From Octopus sinensis (taxonomy: Eukaryota): 64,000 nt of DNA. The stretch lies in NCBI RefSeq assembly GCF_006345805.1, contig NC_043003.1:32364001-32428000 (forward strand), given 5' to 3'. This document shows, piece by piece, positions 51,700-64,000 of this stretch. Below the pieces are notes generated by a model. That model did not search any database. It was given only the letters and a program-made list of their open reading frames with translations, and was not told the DNA's origin. The translations under genes were made by a program, and so were the position numbers. Each line of letters begins with the position of its first letter. The stretch's first letter is position 1.

Positions 51700-51936
51700 T
51701 TCCCTTGTATGTCTCTGCTGTCCTGATTTTGTTTCCAACATTGACCCTCCAAAAACCATTGTCGCTTTTGAATGCTCGAAATGAGGAGTAGATAGACGGC
51801 CGATAACTGATGAAGGGTCGTTCTCTGTTACTTGTCCTGTTTTTTTATTTCCTTTCTCACGTTGTTTACGTATTTAACTCGTTTCCTTTCGTACTTCATG
51901 TTGTTTACACAGTTGGTGATGTCCTGTACCCATATA

Positions 51937-51987
<51 letters not shown>

Positions 51988-52260
51988 CATATTAATATTT
52001 AATTTAACGCCACACATCCATTTATCTTAACGTTTTTGATGCGACTCTATTTTATACTGTTTTCTCTCCCATACTTCTCTATATCCCATTTCTTCCCTTC
52101 ACCGTTTTCCGTCTGTTTGTCTTCCTCTCTTCCCTCTTTCTGTTTTTCTCTCCCATTACTCACACATGACCATCGCCCATCTTTCTTTTCCTGCACGACG
52201 TTCTAAGAACTGGACGTTTTCTTTATCTTCTACCTTTTCACTATTCAAAGAAAATATTTT
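51700..52260 (+). mobile_element. PLE-like terminal repeat (same family as 9750/10460) with following (AT)n and a pyrimidine-rich segment
   Basis: TTGACCCTCC ... CTGATGAAGGGTCGTTCT ... GTCCTGTACCC shared with copies A and B; 52000-52250 resembles 10210-10450. Confidence 0.5.
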
Positions 52261-54471
52261 CCCTACCGTTCATTATTTTCCGCTCATTCATGTAACTCAT
52301 GGTCAGTAATTAACCAGTGTCTTCTGGAGAAAATGAGTTAATAAGTTCAAACAGATTCTTAAATTTATATAGTCTCATGTACTTAAATATCAAAATGTTA
52401 CAGCTCATATTCTCGATATATTTTAGTATTCAGCACACAATGTCTAATTCAACTAGTACTTTGCATATACATCTATGCGGATGGAAGAAACGAAATGGAG
52501 GAACATTAAGAAATCGGGTGTGTCTAAAAAGATGCCTTCTCTTTTCTCGACTGAAATTCTGTAGTTGAAGAGGCAAGGTCTCACCGTAGCATCAATATGA
52601 TCCGCGTAGTCAATTGTGGCAAATACTCCATACTTTCTTTGTGGGATTTACGAAATTCTCGCTCTCTCTTCTCTTTGTTTAAATGATATGGATATATTCA
52701 CGGACTCATAGTCACAATTTATACTCTCACAAAACACTGATAAAGCCCAGAAACACATGCTTAAAGCCTACAATAATTTAGAGTACCAGAAAAAAAAATA
52801 ATAGTGATATTGCTACATTCATCTTTATCCTTATCACTCTCGAATGACCCAATGCAGCAAGTAGTCGTAGAATTAAAACGAGTGAGAATTGACAGTTAAG
52901 TTCTTACTGTTGGTCAGATACGCTTCCCTACCCCAATCTTTCTGTGACCATAAAATCAGCCATTTCTACATAAAATAATATGTCTTGGAAGATGCTAGCA
53001 AGATAATGATATATAGAGGCAAGGTGGTAAGCAGTAAGAGGAAGAACATCAACTAAAAGGGGCCTAAAACTAAAAGGAGGTCACAATAAGATCTAAGTGT
53101 GGGAATTAAAAGTACGGGGAAAATGTGCATCCAAACTTAGCAAAATTTATATATTAAAAAATCAAAATTTAGAAAAGGAATTAAGAACCAAGGGTAAAGA
53201 TGAATGAAGCAATATCACCATTCCTCTTTCTTGACACCCATTATTTTCTGCCACTCTAAATTATAGTAGGCTTTAGGCTTTTCCCCCCAAATTCATTCTG
53301 CTACAATAATAGCAAATGGAAGCAATGTAATTATTTTATTCTCTAGTACTGGTCGTATGCGTCCGAGGAGAGCGGTTTATTTCAAATTGATATAATGTAT
53401 GCATTAATCGATTAAATGGCGCCGCTTGAAACGGCCGTAATGGACTGATACTTGGACATCCTTGCTGCTTATTTACTTTTTATTCCCCTAACTTCGAGCT
53501 GTGTGTACAGTACCGGACTACTTTGTATCTAATTCAACTGAATCTTAACTATTTCTCATAGAAGAACCGATGATTATCATATTAGTGAAGATTCTTAACC
53601 TTATTTAACCACTTGGTGTGGATCAAACGATTTTCCTGCGACTTTACTGACATTAATTGGTGTCTCATCTCTAACAACGACTTGTATCGAATGTCCTCGT
53701 ACACTACAGTACCGATAGTCCACTCCAACACCTGAAGTTCTTTGGCGATGTTTCTCATTGATTTTCCAGGATCATCATCTATATCGTTTTGAACCCATTT
53801 GATTAAATAGATGTTACTGATGCTTTCGAAACATCCCTGTCAGAAGCTTCCATTTTTATCCAATATGTGTGTGTACAAATGATGTTACAGCATTCAGAAA
53901 GTTGACAGTTAGAAGACTGTAAATCACTGTATTCTGCACATATGTCAACAATGGCTGGTGGTTTTTTAATTTCTTATTTTAGATATCTGAATGATATAAA
54001 ACCCATTTAATTGGTTTGAAAGGAGTAATAAACTTGCAATTGTCACCAAATACAACTCGCATTCTGTATATTGTTATGGATATACATACACACGCGCACA
54101 CATATACACTTACACACTCACAGACATGTACACACACACACACATACACACACAGACACACACATATATATATATATATACACACACACATACGTGTGAG
54201 TGTGTATGTGCCGTGCGTGCGCGTCCAAACACACACCAATCATAAACATATGAGCACATGTTTAGGAAGACGAATAAGTGAGAGAAATAGTGTGTGTTGT
54301 GTGTGAGAGAGAGCATGTGAAAAATATGACAGAAAAGTTAGCATGCGTATATACGTTCAGATTACACTAGGCCATCCAGCAGCTGCCAAAAATATTCATG
54401 CAGACAAGGAAAGCCTGATGAGATTCCAAAACGTGATAAAATAGAAAACAGAGCCAATTTTTTTTTGTTTT

Positions 54472-54524
<53 letters not shown>

Positions 54525-54929
54525 TTCATTCTGAAATGTTATCCTTTTCAAAATCTCAAAGTAGTTAGGTTTTCCTAATTACCAATGAAAAATACGTTAG
54601 AATGAGAAATGAGTCTGTGACCCTATTTGTCAACTCCACCAATATTAGTACAGATTAGGTATGTTAATGATAAGCATATCTCATTCGTAGTACAAATGGA
54701 TTTTGCAGATATGACCAACCGCATTTGGATTGTAATTTTTGTTTTATTTATAATTATTTTTATTTTATTTGGTCGTTCCTTTTCGATTATTCATACTTTC
54801 CGTGGCAAAAAAACATACTTAAAAAGCAATTTGAAATGCTTTCATCACTACTCCTCCGTTATCGCTATCTTAATTAATCTATATGAATACACATCACACA
54901 CACACGCACGCACACACACATGTATGATA

Positions 54930-55007
54930 AACACACGACGGGCTTCTTACTGCTTTCATTTACCAAATCCACTCACAAGACTGTGGTTGGTCGGGTGTTA
55001 TAGTAGA
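54930..55007 (-). mobile_element. SINE family 1 fragment
   Basis: CGACGGGCTTCTT...TACCAAATCCACTCACAAG...TATAGTAGA. Confidence 0.6.
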
Positions 55008-55114
55008 TCAAATGCTTCATTTTTTTCTCTCTGAAAAATGCGAAGGTGTTATTTGAGATCTGTTTGGTCTTTAGTCCTAGAGGTCTCTACGATGATCCGT
55101 CAGGCATCTATGTT

Positions 55115-55332
55115 TCATGCAGTTGTCATTGTCATTAGCTTTTTGAAAACCAATGTTGATTTCAAGTGAATTGGTTTGTGCTGCTGCGGAATGGTTTCAT
55201 AAGCAATGTTTGCGTTATGATAGCTGAAAGCTGCTATCATGTAGCTGTTGTATTGATCTCTATTGTCAAAGCAAATATGCTTTCCATTTAATACTGTTTC
55301 TGTTATACTCAAGAGGATTTCATGAATGCGTT
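55115..55332 (-). CDS. Candidate terminal coding exon, unidentified
   Basis: Good acceptor CTTACTTTATTTACAG| followed by a 71-codon open frame to TGA (RIHEILLSITETVLNGKHICFDNRDQY...); no recognisable domain. Confidence 0.2.
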
Positions 55333-56734
55333 CTGTAAATAAAGTAAGTACAATTAAGTAATAGTATACTAGTCTAGAAACATGATGGAATATAACTTGT
55401 GGATGTATGAATGTTATGTTGTTTGAAGGGACTGTTGTTGATATTTAACCACAGGTCAACTGTGATCCATGTAATGATGGACCGTTCATTATTTAGATAA
55501 AGGGATAGGCAGACAGGTAACAGACGGGCAGGAAGATAGACAGGGAGCTAGAAACAGAGTTAGGTAGAAATGTAGGTAGGTGGCTAAGTAAGTAGGTAGA
55601 TAGACAGATAGATAGATAGATAGATAGATAGAGAAAGAGAGAGAGAGAGAGACGGATGAATAATATCAAAAGGGACGGAGGGAAGGATAGATGTGAATGT
55701 TTGAATGGATGGATGGATGGATGGATGGATGGATGGATGGATGGATGGATGATATGAACCAATGAATGGATTTGATAGATTAATTAACAGAGAAATTTGG
55801 TTGTTGTTTGTTGGTGGCTGAGGGAAGGATTTCGAGATAAATGGTTGTTAGGCTGGCTGGTTCGTTCGTTGGGTGGATTGTTACAGCAGATGGCTGTTGA
55901 CTAGAGGACAAATCGTTAGATATACTGATAACGGTCAGGATATTAGTCAGGAGAGCAGAGTGAGAATAGAAGCAAAACATACTCGTTAATAGTATCAATT
56001 AAGTGGAATTGTTTGTTTTATTTATCCTTGCCTTAGTGTTATTTTGATAATGTTAATCGTTGGTGGAAGTTGATTAAGATGAAAGCTTGATAGTGATTTA
56101 AGCATTAGATAATTGTTAATATAACAGTCACGTGTGGTTTTGATAGCAGTGCTGATGTAACAAGGGATGCTGACGCTGACGGTGGAGTTGGACTGTTAAT
56201 AACGTCATTGAATATTGAGCTTGAAGCAGACATGAAGGCGTTAATGGTAATGGTGTTTCTCCTGTTGCTGACTTGCTGTCTCTTCTATGTGTCAGTGGTA
56301 AGAGGAGATGGTTAAAATATTGTGAACGGTTGTATTAACGTCGATGATGATAATGTGTGCTGATACCTCTTATGAGTCAATTAATATACAGGTGATAATG
56401 GTAGTTGTACGACTAATAATTATAATACTGATGGCTACTATGATGATGGAATATCAGTACTACAAATGATGAGGATTGAGTGCTGGTTCGGGAAGTATTA
56501 GTGCTACTAATGCTGTGGTGGATTATTGGTCATAATCATAGAGTATCCTGCTGCTTACAGCACTGCATCGAACCCAGCTATGTTACTTATATACAACATA
56601 AGTGAAGCCTTTCAGTATTGTCAATGATGACAAATCGCCCAAATAACATTCAAAGATCCGGATCCAATTGCCAAATAAACGCTTGTGTAGGAACTGTTGT
56701 GTATGTAGTTCCATGTTAACAGTTACCCTACGTA

Positions 56735-57520
56735 CCTGAAAGTCTCCATTCCCCACTCGTCATTTCCTCCGTTTACGCCGCCTCTACAATGATGACAATA
56801 ACTTTGAGACCCAGTCTCAACTCATTCATGGCTCACCACTTTATCGTACGTGGGTATCTACTCACCATTATTCACATTGCCATTGTCCGGTCACGATCCG
56901 TTGATGTGCCTCTGCTCTCTCTCTCAGCAACCATCCCACCCTTATCTGCCTCCCTTTCTTCTCACCTACGACCTCCCCACCCTACCCCTCCAAGCCACCA
57001 ATCTCCGAGCCTTCCATCAACTTCAGTCCGAACCCTCCACCTTGCACATCTTCCCTAACTTACTCCTTCCCTCCTTCAAACGCGCTCGTAACCTGCGCGA
57101 TCTCCTGGTTCACGGTTTCTTCTCTACTGCTGTCCCCCCAACTAGCTCCTTCTCCTACTTTCATCTACGCTGTCGGACCCGCCCTTACCTCTCCAACACT
57201 ACTATCCTCACTGGCATCCACCACATCAGCGACTCCTTTACCGGAACCTGCTGTAATGTTATCTACTGCATTTCTTGCCTTCTCTGTTCTTCCCTGTACG
57301 TAGCTCAAACGGGAAGCCGCTTAGATGACTGATCCACTGAGCACATCCACGATATGAGACTCGGTCATTCACTCAACACCTGTTTGTGTAACGACTGTCC
57401 TTGCAAAGGTGCCACCCGGACTTCGGCCTTCACCGTGAACAGGAATTAGTCATCTCCCTTCATTCTTTTGCTCTTATGGCCTCAATATTCCAAAACTCTT
57501 CATCTAACACCAACCCCGCA
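56735..57520 (+). pseudogene. Penelope-like element RT C-terminus, linker and GIY-YIG remnant
   Basis: LMAHHFIVRGY, SFKRARNLRDLLVH, RCRT.PY, HISDSFTGTCCNVIYCISCLLCSSLYVAQTGSRLDD; homologous to 19303-19560. Confidence 0.8.
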
Positions 57521-58088
57521 GAGATTCTCACACACCTCCTACATTCATCTTCTCCTCTCTCCACCTGCAAACCGTCTAACTCGGTACCCTCAGCCAGCCC
57601 GCACGCCACTATAAAAACACACTGTTCAACTCAGTACTCACATCACACACCAATGCACACCTTCCCACTCAATACACACTAGCACCCATATCACACACCA
57701 TTATCCATACACCTATTCCAAAAAGCACAAAATGCCTATACTCTGAAAATACACACACATACGCAACATGCATAAGCACATACAATTTTCGCCCACAAAC
57801 ACACAATACACATGCACATGATAGGGTCACATACACATACACACGTGTACACTCCACCCAACGAGCACATATCAAACACTAAACACAAGCGTTTGCACAA
57901 TTGTGCGTGAGCAATCCTATTTCTATTAAATTTTAGCTTCAATGTGGCAAGAACTCACTTGTTAATCTTCCAGACTACAATCTTTATTATACTTATTTTA
58001 ACTGAATTTATTATATCTACTTTACATCTTCGCCAAACTAGAGACATTCTAGAAAGTGTTGCTATATCTTACATGTATTGTGTATATA

Positions 58089-58122
<34 letters not shown>

Positions 58123-58204
58123 GGGGGAGTTTGCGCGCACCAGTGTATACCTATATCATATGTATATATATATATTACTTATATATTATAAATCTGTATA
58201 TATA

Positions 58205-58242
<38 letters not shown>

Positions 58243-59399
58243 GATTATATGCATACACATATACATATATATATACATGTGAAGGCATACGTATATATTC
58301 TGTATATTTGAGTGTGAATGTTTATACACACACATGTATATATATATATGCATATACACATATATACATATATATGAATATATATATTCATGTATATGTA
58401 TTTGTATATATTATGTATATTTGAGTGCACATGTATACACATATTAATATATATAATATTATATATGTATGTACGCACATATATAATATAATTATACTAG
58501 ACGGCAAATGATGTATATATATATCCCGGCAAGTATAATTTGATTTCACTAATAAATTCTTCCTTGTACTAAACTCTGATTTTATATTCGTTCCTATAAT
58601 ACTGATGATAACGCTAGATTAAAAACATTTCAAATCTCCGCTCCGAGTGGCGTCACCCATTTAATATACATAACATAAAAGCGGGACAGCTTGCGTGTGT
58701 TCCTGAATATTTGTGCATGTGTGTTTTTATCTGTATAAGTTTGAACGAATATTTGTGTGTGTGTGTGTGTATTCGTGTGTATGAGTGCTACTACATAAAT
58801 ATTTCCATAGTTGAAACTAAGACTCAGGAAACCCATTAACTTCAACAGAGCTGTCTGACTATATTTACGATGTCTACTTTTCAAAAGATTCAATTTTAGA
58901 CTATTTACTTTAATGATATAAATAAAAGTTAACGAATGTATGTATATATTATAAGGATAAGATACATAAAAGAATTCAAATTAACAGTTGTTGATTTCTT
59001 TTCTCTCAAGTTGATATCACGACCTCAAAAATCGTAGTGTTTCCTAGTAACAATCTTTACTGTATTTAAGACTAGCAATTATTTTTATATAATATAATCT
59101 CAATTGCTTTCATCTCGCCGAAGTAAAGTTTTCAGTCAGAATACATACAATATCTTAATGTATTCTCAAGATAAGCCTCTGTTCATTTGAAATCTCAATT
59201 CGGGTTCAATTAAAAGTTCGGTCGAAATCAGTTTATATCTGCGTTAACCTCATATTGACATTATGAACAGCACTTCGTGTTATCACATTCATTTATCATC
59301 TCAAAAGACTTAACACAGCAACTAAATTGCGTCTAGTGAAAAGTCAGAAAACGCATATTGTCGTGAATTACGTCATCATAGTAACCAAAAATTGGATCT

Positions 59400-59640
59400 A
59401 CGATGCGCCACAAGTCATTGCCCATCCTGTTGAGATGTTTCGAGTGGAAGAGAGTAAGAAGCCAGCAAGGACGTTTGCTGATTGAGGGCATCAAAGAATG
59501 GATCAGAAATAAGAGTTTGGCTGATTGTATGCATACACAAGAGAGGGAGAACAGACTAGTAGGGGATTCTTGGCAAACTGATCACTAGGCAAACGGAGTA
59601 CACCTAGGATATGGTTGACGAGTCATTAAGATCAATATTG
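59400..59640 (+). mobile_element. RTE-clade LINE 3' end fragment
   Basis: EWKRVRSQQGRLLIEGIKEWIRNKSLADCMHTQERE resembles the RTE ORF C-terminus pattern (EGKRxRGR..W.D.IKEW). Confidence 0.55.
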
Positions 59641-59982
59641 GTGACCGCTGAGGTCGACTTCATCTTTCATCGTTTCAGGATCGTTAAAATAAGTACCAGT
59701 TGAACATTGGTGTCGAGGTAATTGGTTTACATCCTCCCAAAATTGCTGGCCTTGTGCCGAAATTTGAAATAAATATTAGTGAGGGTACTTCAGGCGGCAA
59801 GGTAGCATAATCGTAATCATGCCGGCATTTTGTCCGTCTTTACGTTTTGAGTTCGAATGCTACCGAGGTCGACTTCGCGTTTCATCATTTTGGTTTCAAT
59901 AAAATGTCTACCTGTTGAATACTGAGATCGACTTAATCAATTTACCTTAGCCTTGTGCCAAAATTTGAAATTAATATTAGTG
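59640..59982 (+). mobile_element. Two tandem degenerate SINE family 2 copies
   Basis: Both contain GAGGTCGACTT and end CCTTGTGCC(G/A)AAATTTGAAAT(A/T)AATATTAGTGA. Confidence 0.65.
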
Positions 59983-60224
59983 AAAAATCTAAAGTGATGA
60001 TGTAAAGCACAGGATTAATTCTTCTTTGGAGCCCATCATTTTAAAAGCAAATAAAAAATTTAGAAAGTGGTCACTTGCTATAACGATAATGTGCTATGTT
60101 GTCTCTTCCCTATATTCTGTAATTCATTAAGAAACCAGTCATTCTGTCTTGAAGTCTTCACCTCTGCGTGGTGAAAAGGATAATAGGTTTCATACGTGTA
60201 AATTTATACTGGTTTCATATTTTG

Positions 60225-60425
60225 GCGTAATTCCAGCAATTATAGGACCAAGGGGAAGTCTATTACATCGAGCCCAGTGCTCAAATGGCATTTATTTTAT
60301 CGACTCCGATATGCTAAAAGGCAAAGTCAGACCCCAGTGGAATTTGAACTCAGATCGTAAAGACGGATGGAATTCCACTAAACATTTTGCCCAGCATGCT
60401 AACAACTCTGCTGATCGCCACCTTC
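60225..60425 (-). mobile_element. SINE family 2, degenerate
   Basis: Similarity to 19130-19302 (GGAATTTGAACTCAGA, AAAGGCAAAGTC). Confidence 0.7.
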
Positions 60426-60899
60426 GTGTAAACTTATATTAAAAGGTAAAACAAATGAATAAATGCTTTGAGAACTTTATCATACATAAAAACAAGAAAG
60501 TATTTATATTGTTATTAAATATTCTACCGGTTTCAATTCGTAGCTTATGATGACTTAATTCTCGACAATATGTCTTCTGACTTTCAACTTTTTTAGTACT
60601 GCAGCGTGTTTTATTATATCTTTCCAGTATATTCCGTCCAATTCTGAAATAAGAATAAAAATAAATTAAATTAATCTTCCTTAATATCATTTCTGCAACT
60701 TCAGATATTTTTCTTAAAGAAATATGGCATGGTATTCGCTTTTCATTTCCTTCTTTCTAATATCGTCATGGTGGAAGCACCATATATAAGGACCCTATAT
60801 ATATGTTTGTCGTTCGGTAAAAAACATCCGATGAATTGGGCCAATATTGGTTTGCCTCAAGAAGCTGCGGAACGATGAAGAAACTCCAGAATACCTGTG

Positions 60900-60939
<40 letters not shown>

Positions 60940-61027
60940 TGTATGTGTGTGTGTATGTGTGTGCCTGTGTCCTTGTCTGTGTCTGTGTCAGTGTGTATGT
61001 ATGTATTTATGTATATATATATATATG

Positions 61028-61076
<49 letters not shown>

Positions 61077-61109
61077 TAATCAAAATAAAAACATGATGCC
61101 AAGGATTCA

Positions 61110-61187
61110 GCGGTACATATGTTTCGAGCCTTTATTAGACGGATTTATAACAATGCATAATGTGCGTCTGTGGCCTTCTTCAGCCGC
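61110..61187 (-). ncRNA. Type I hammerhead ribozyme motif (left palindrome arm)
   Basis: Reverse complement reads GCGG-CTGAAGA-A-GGCC...GGCTC-GAA-ACATATGT-A-CCGC. Confidence 0.65.
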
Positions 61188-62772
61188 GCACAACTACTTC
61201 TTCAAGGACATGTATTACATCAAAAATTCTTGGTTGTGGATGCAAATCCTCTCATTCGAGTACGACGTAATGCGGCAACAGCATAAAAATGAAGCGTGAA
61301 GGAACCTGGTAATAAGAGCAAATAGAGATAAAGATGGAGGGGCGAGAATTCAGGACGAAGGATAAAAAATATATAAAAAGTGTAAGTATATAAAAATATA
61401 AAAATGTAGAGTATAAAGATATAAAGAGATATAAAAAAATATAAATGAATATAAAGGTATAAAGTTATAAAAATAAAAATAAAAAGTGTAAGGGAATATA
61501 AGGATAAGGGATATATAGTAGTTACGGACCAAACATGGTGGTCAGGAAAATGACAAATTCTGGTTGTAGAAGTCTTGGGTGTCATAAATCAATCGAGGCG
61601 TCTGGAGGCCTAGTGTGTTGTAAATTAGAGTTGTTGAGCAGCTTATCTAGTTCTTCGTAACGTATTAAATGATCATCGTGTACATACGCACCCGCATGGA
61701 TACATACACCCATATATACGCGCACATATACGCACGCATACGCAGCTACACGCATACAAGCATACATACGTACTCACGCGTAAACATATACAGATATATA
61801 TGGAAAAAGGCGCATGTAGTTGGGTACACGAACCGACGTGCACGCGTACGTACATACATACACTCTCATGCGTTCATATAGGCACACTCGCACTTACACG
61901 CATTTACAAGACGAAGTGATTCATAGGGATTCACTTCGTCTTGTAAATGCGTGTAAGTGCGAGTGTGCCTATATGAACGCATGAGAGTGTATGTATGTAC
62001 GTACGCGTGCGCGTCGGTTCGTGTACCCAACTACATACGCCTTTTTCCATATATATCTGTATATGTTTACGCGTGAGTACGTATGTATGCTTGTATGCGT
62101 GTAGCTGCGTATGCGTGCGTATATGTGCGCGTATATATGGGTGTATGTATCCATGCGGGTGCGTATGTACACGATGACCATTTAATACGTTACGAAGAAC
62201 TAGATAAGCTGCTCAACAACTCTAATTTACAACACACTAGGTCTCCAGACGCCCCGATTGATTTATGACACCCAAGACTTCTACAACCAGAATTTGTCAT
62301 TTTCCTGACCACCATGTTTGGTCCGTAACTACTATATATCCCTTATCCTTATATTCCCTTACACTTTTATTTTTATTTTTATAACTTTATACCTTTATAT
62401 TCATTTATATTTTTTTATATCTCTTTATATCTTTATACTCTACATTTTTATATTTTTATATACTTACACTTTTTATATATTTTTTATCCTTCGTCCTGGA
62501 TTCTCGCCCCTCCATCTTTATCTCTATTTGCTCTTATTACCAGGTTCCTTCACGTCTGTCTGTATTTATATATTTATATATGTATATATTTATTTATTTA
62601 TTTATTTATATTACTTCAACATCCAAACTTCCTCACTCTACATTGAGAGAAGAACGAGATGGACGCTTCATTTTTATGCTGTTGCCGCATTACGTCGTAC
62701 GCGAATGAGAGGATTTGCATCCACAACCAAGAATTTTTGATGTAATACATGTCCTTGAAGAAGTAGTTGTGC

Positions 62773-62850
62773 GCGGCTGAAGAAGGCCACAGACGCACAT
62801 TATGCATTGTTATAAATCCGTCTAATAAAGGACCGAAACATATGTACCGC
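62773..62850 (+). ncRNA. Type I hammerhead ribozyme motif (right palindrome arm)
   Basis: GCGG(62773-76) CTGAAGA(62777-83) A GGCC..AGACG...CGTCT..GGACC GAA ACATATGT A(62846) CCGC(62847-50). Confidence 0.7.
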
Positions 62851-62952
62851 TGAATCCTTGGCATCATGTTTTTATTTTGATTAATTTACTCCACCACCTA
62901 CACCACCAAACGGTATATACAGGTGCTTACAATTATCAAGTACTCACCCTGA

Positions 62953-62989
<37 letters not shown>

Positions 62990-63039
62990 AGTGTGTGGAT
63001 ATATATGTATATATAAATATATATATATGTAACACTGAG

Positions 63040-63200
63040 AACGTGTGTCTGTCTGTCTGTCTGTCTGTCTGTGCGAATCCCTAAAACTTGAGAAATACAC
63101 AACCAATTTAATTCAAATTTTACACGTCTTACTTAGGGTCCATGTAGTGTCATGGGCAAAACAATTTTAACTTCTTGCCTAGGGCGAGCACACAGCAATA
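63040..63200 (+). mobile_element. Possible Helentron/DINE-like non-autonomous element 5' part
   Basis: (GTCT)n tract followed by AAAACTTGAGAAATACACAACCAATTTAATTCAAATTTT, the layout typical of such elements; termini not confirmed. Confidence 0.35.
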
Positions 63201-63328
63201 TCATATATTCTCTACTATTTCAGTATTACGTGTTAAAAATGAAACAAAAACATCTCTCTATTGTAATATCAGATTCTTTCACTTTAATACTGAAACTATT
63301 AAAGTCAAACTATTATATAACAGGGATG

Positions 63329-63474
63329 AACCATTAACAGTGGACATCCATTTTGCTAGAAGAAGATCCGCTATGGTCTTATATGCTACACCACTGGTTT
63401 TCAATTCATATTAATCAAGTTAATATTCAATTTTTCACCTTTATTATTTTATATTTCAATTTACATTTATATAT

Positions 63475-63510
<36 letters not shown>

Positions 63511-63829
63511 GATGTATACATATAGATGTTTATATATATAGATGTATATATATATTGATGCATATATACATATATATATACATGCATATATAGAGGTGTA
63601 TATATAGATGTATATATATACATGTATATATATATAGATGTATATATATCTGTATATATATATGGATTTCGTAGACAGGAACTGAAACAAATCAATCGTA
63701 TATATATGTAACCATTAACAGTGGACACCCATTTTGCTACAAGAAGATCCGCTACCGTCTTATATGCTTCACCACTTTTCAATTCATATTAGTCAAATTA
63801 ATATTCAATTTTTCACCCTTATTATTTTA
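63329..63829 (+). repeat. About 120-bp direct repeats separated by an AT-rich microsatellite
   Basis: 63329-63451 resembles 63710-63829 (AACCATTAACAGTGGACA...CACC(T/C)TTATTATTTTA). Confidence 0.85.
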
Positions 63830-64000
63830 AATTTTAAACAGGTTCAATAAGACCGGAATTTTGGAATATGCGCATAAAAATCCGTCGTATGGGATATATG
63901 TGGCACAATTATAATTTTTTTAGGATGTATAAAGAGGGAAATAACCCTCATCTGCAATTTTAATGAAATTCGAAACATAGATATTCCAGTTCATTACAGA

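Larger units (their letters stand above)
61072..62888. mobile_element. 1.8-kb palindrome: inverted duplication of a PLE-like 3' end with a hammerhead near each outer end
   Basis: Arms 61072-61919 and 61931-62888, 11-nt spacer; about 9 substitutions, one 1-nt indel and one 111-nt indel seen by eye. Confidence 0.85.

Noticed and set aside
61072-62888. Arm mismatches as an ADAR A-to-G footprint
   Set aside because: The differences are mixed in direction and include transversions, so there is no strand-biased A-to-G signature.
134-63782. Numerous ORFs rich in YI/CV/HT or poly-I/N/S/V
   Set aside because: They are translations of (AT)n, (GT)n, (ATT)n and (AGT)n microsatellites, not genes.

Overview
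AT-rich, microsatellite-dense eukaryotic DNA, probably intronic or intergenic. The tRNA-derived SINE families and the repeat landscape point to a cephalopod, probably Octopus (inference). No intact host gene can be supported; there are three low-confidence candidate exons. The window is mostly mobile-element debris: three tRNA-SINE families, a 5'-truncated Tx1/L1-clade LINE pseudogene (38.9-41.8 kb) plus an older relative, RTE, Tc1/mariner and hAT remnants, and several Penelope-like element (PLE) fragments with GIY-YIG remnants. The most interesting signal is a set of hammerhead ribozyme (HHR) motifs, read by eye, in PLE-like terminal repeats. (i) Canonical type I HHRs sit in outward-pointing inverted duplications at three scales: a 184-bp hairpin at 11.0 kb, a partial inversion at 51 kb and a 1.8-kb near-perfect palindrome at 61.1-62.9 kb. 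(ii) Two unrelated repeat families (9.9/10.6/51.8 kb and 43.4 kb) carry all three HHR strands in the non-circularly permuted order S3-S2-S1, a pseudoknotted topology, with similar linker lengths. All pairings were assigned manually, and none of the activities is demonstrated.
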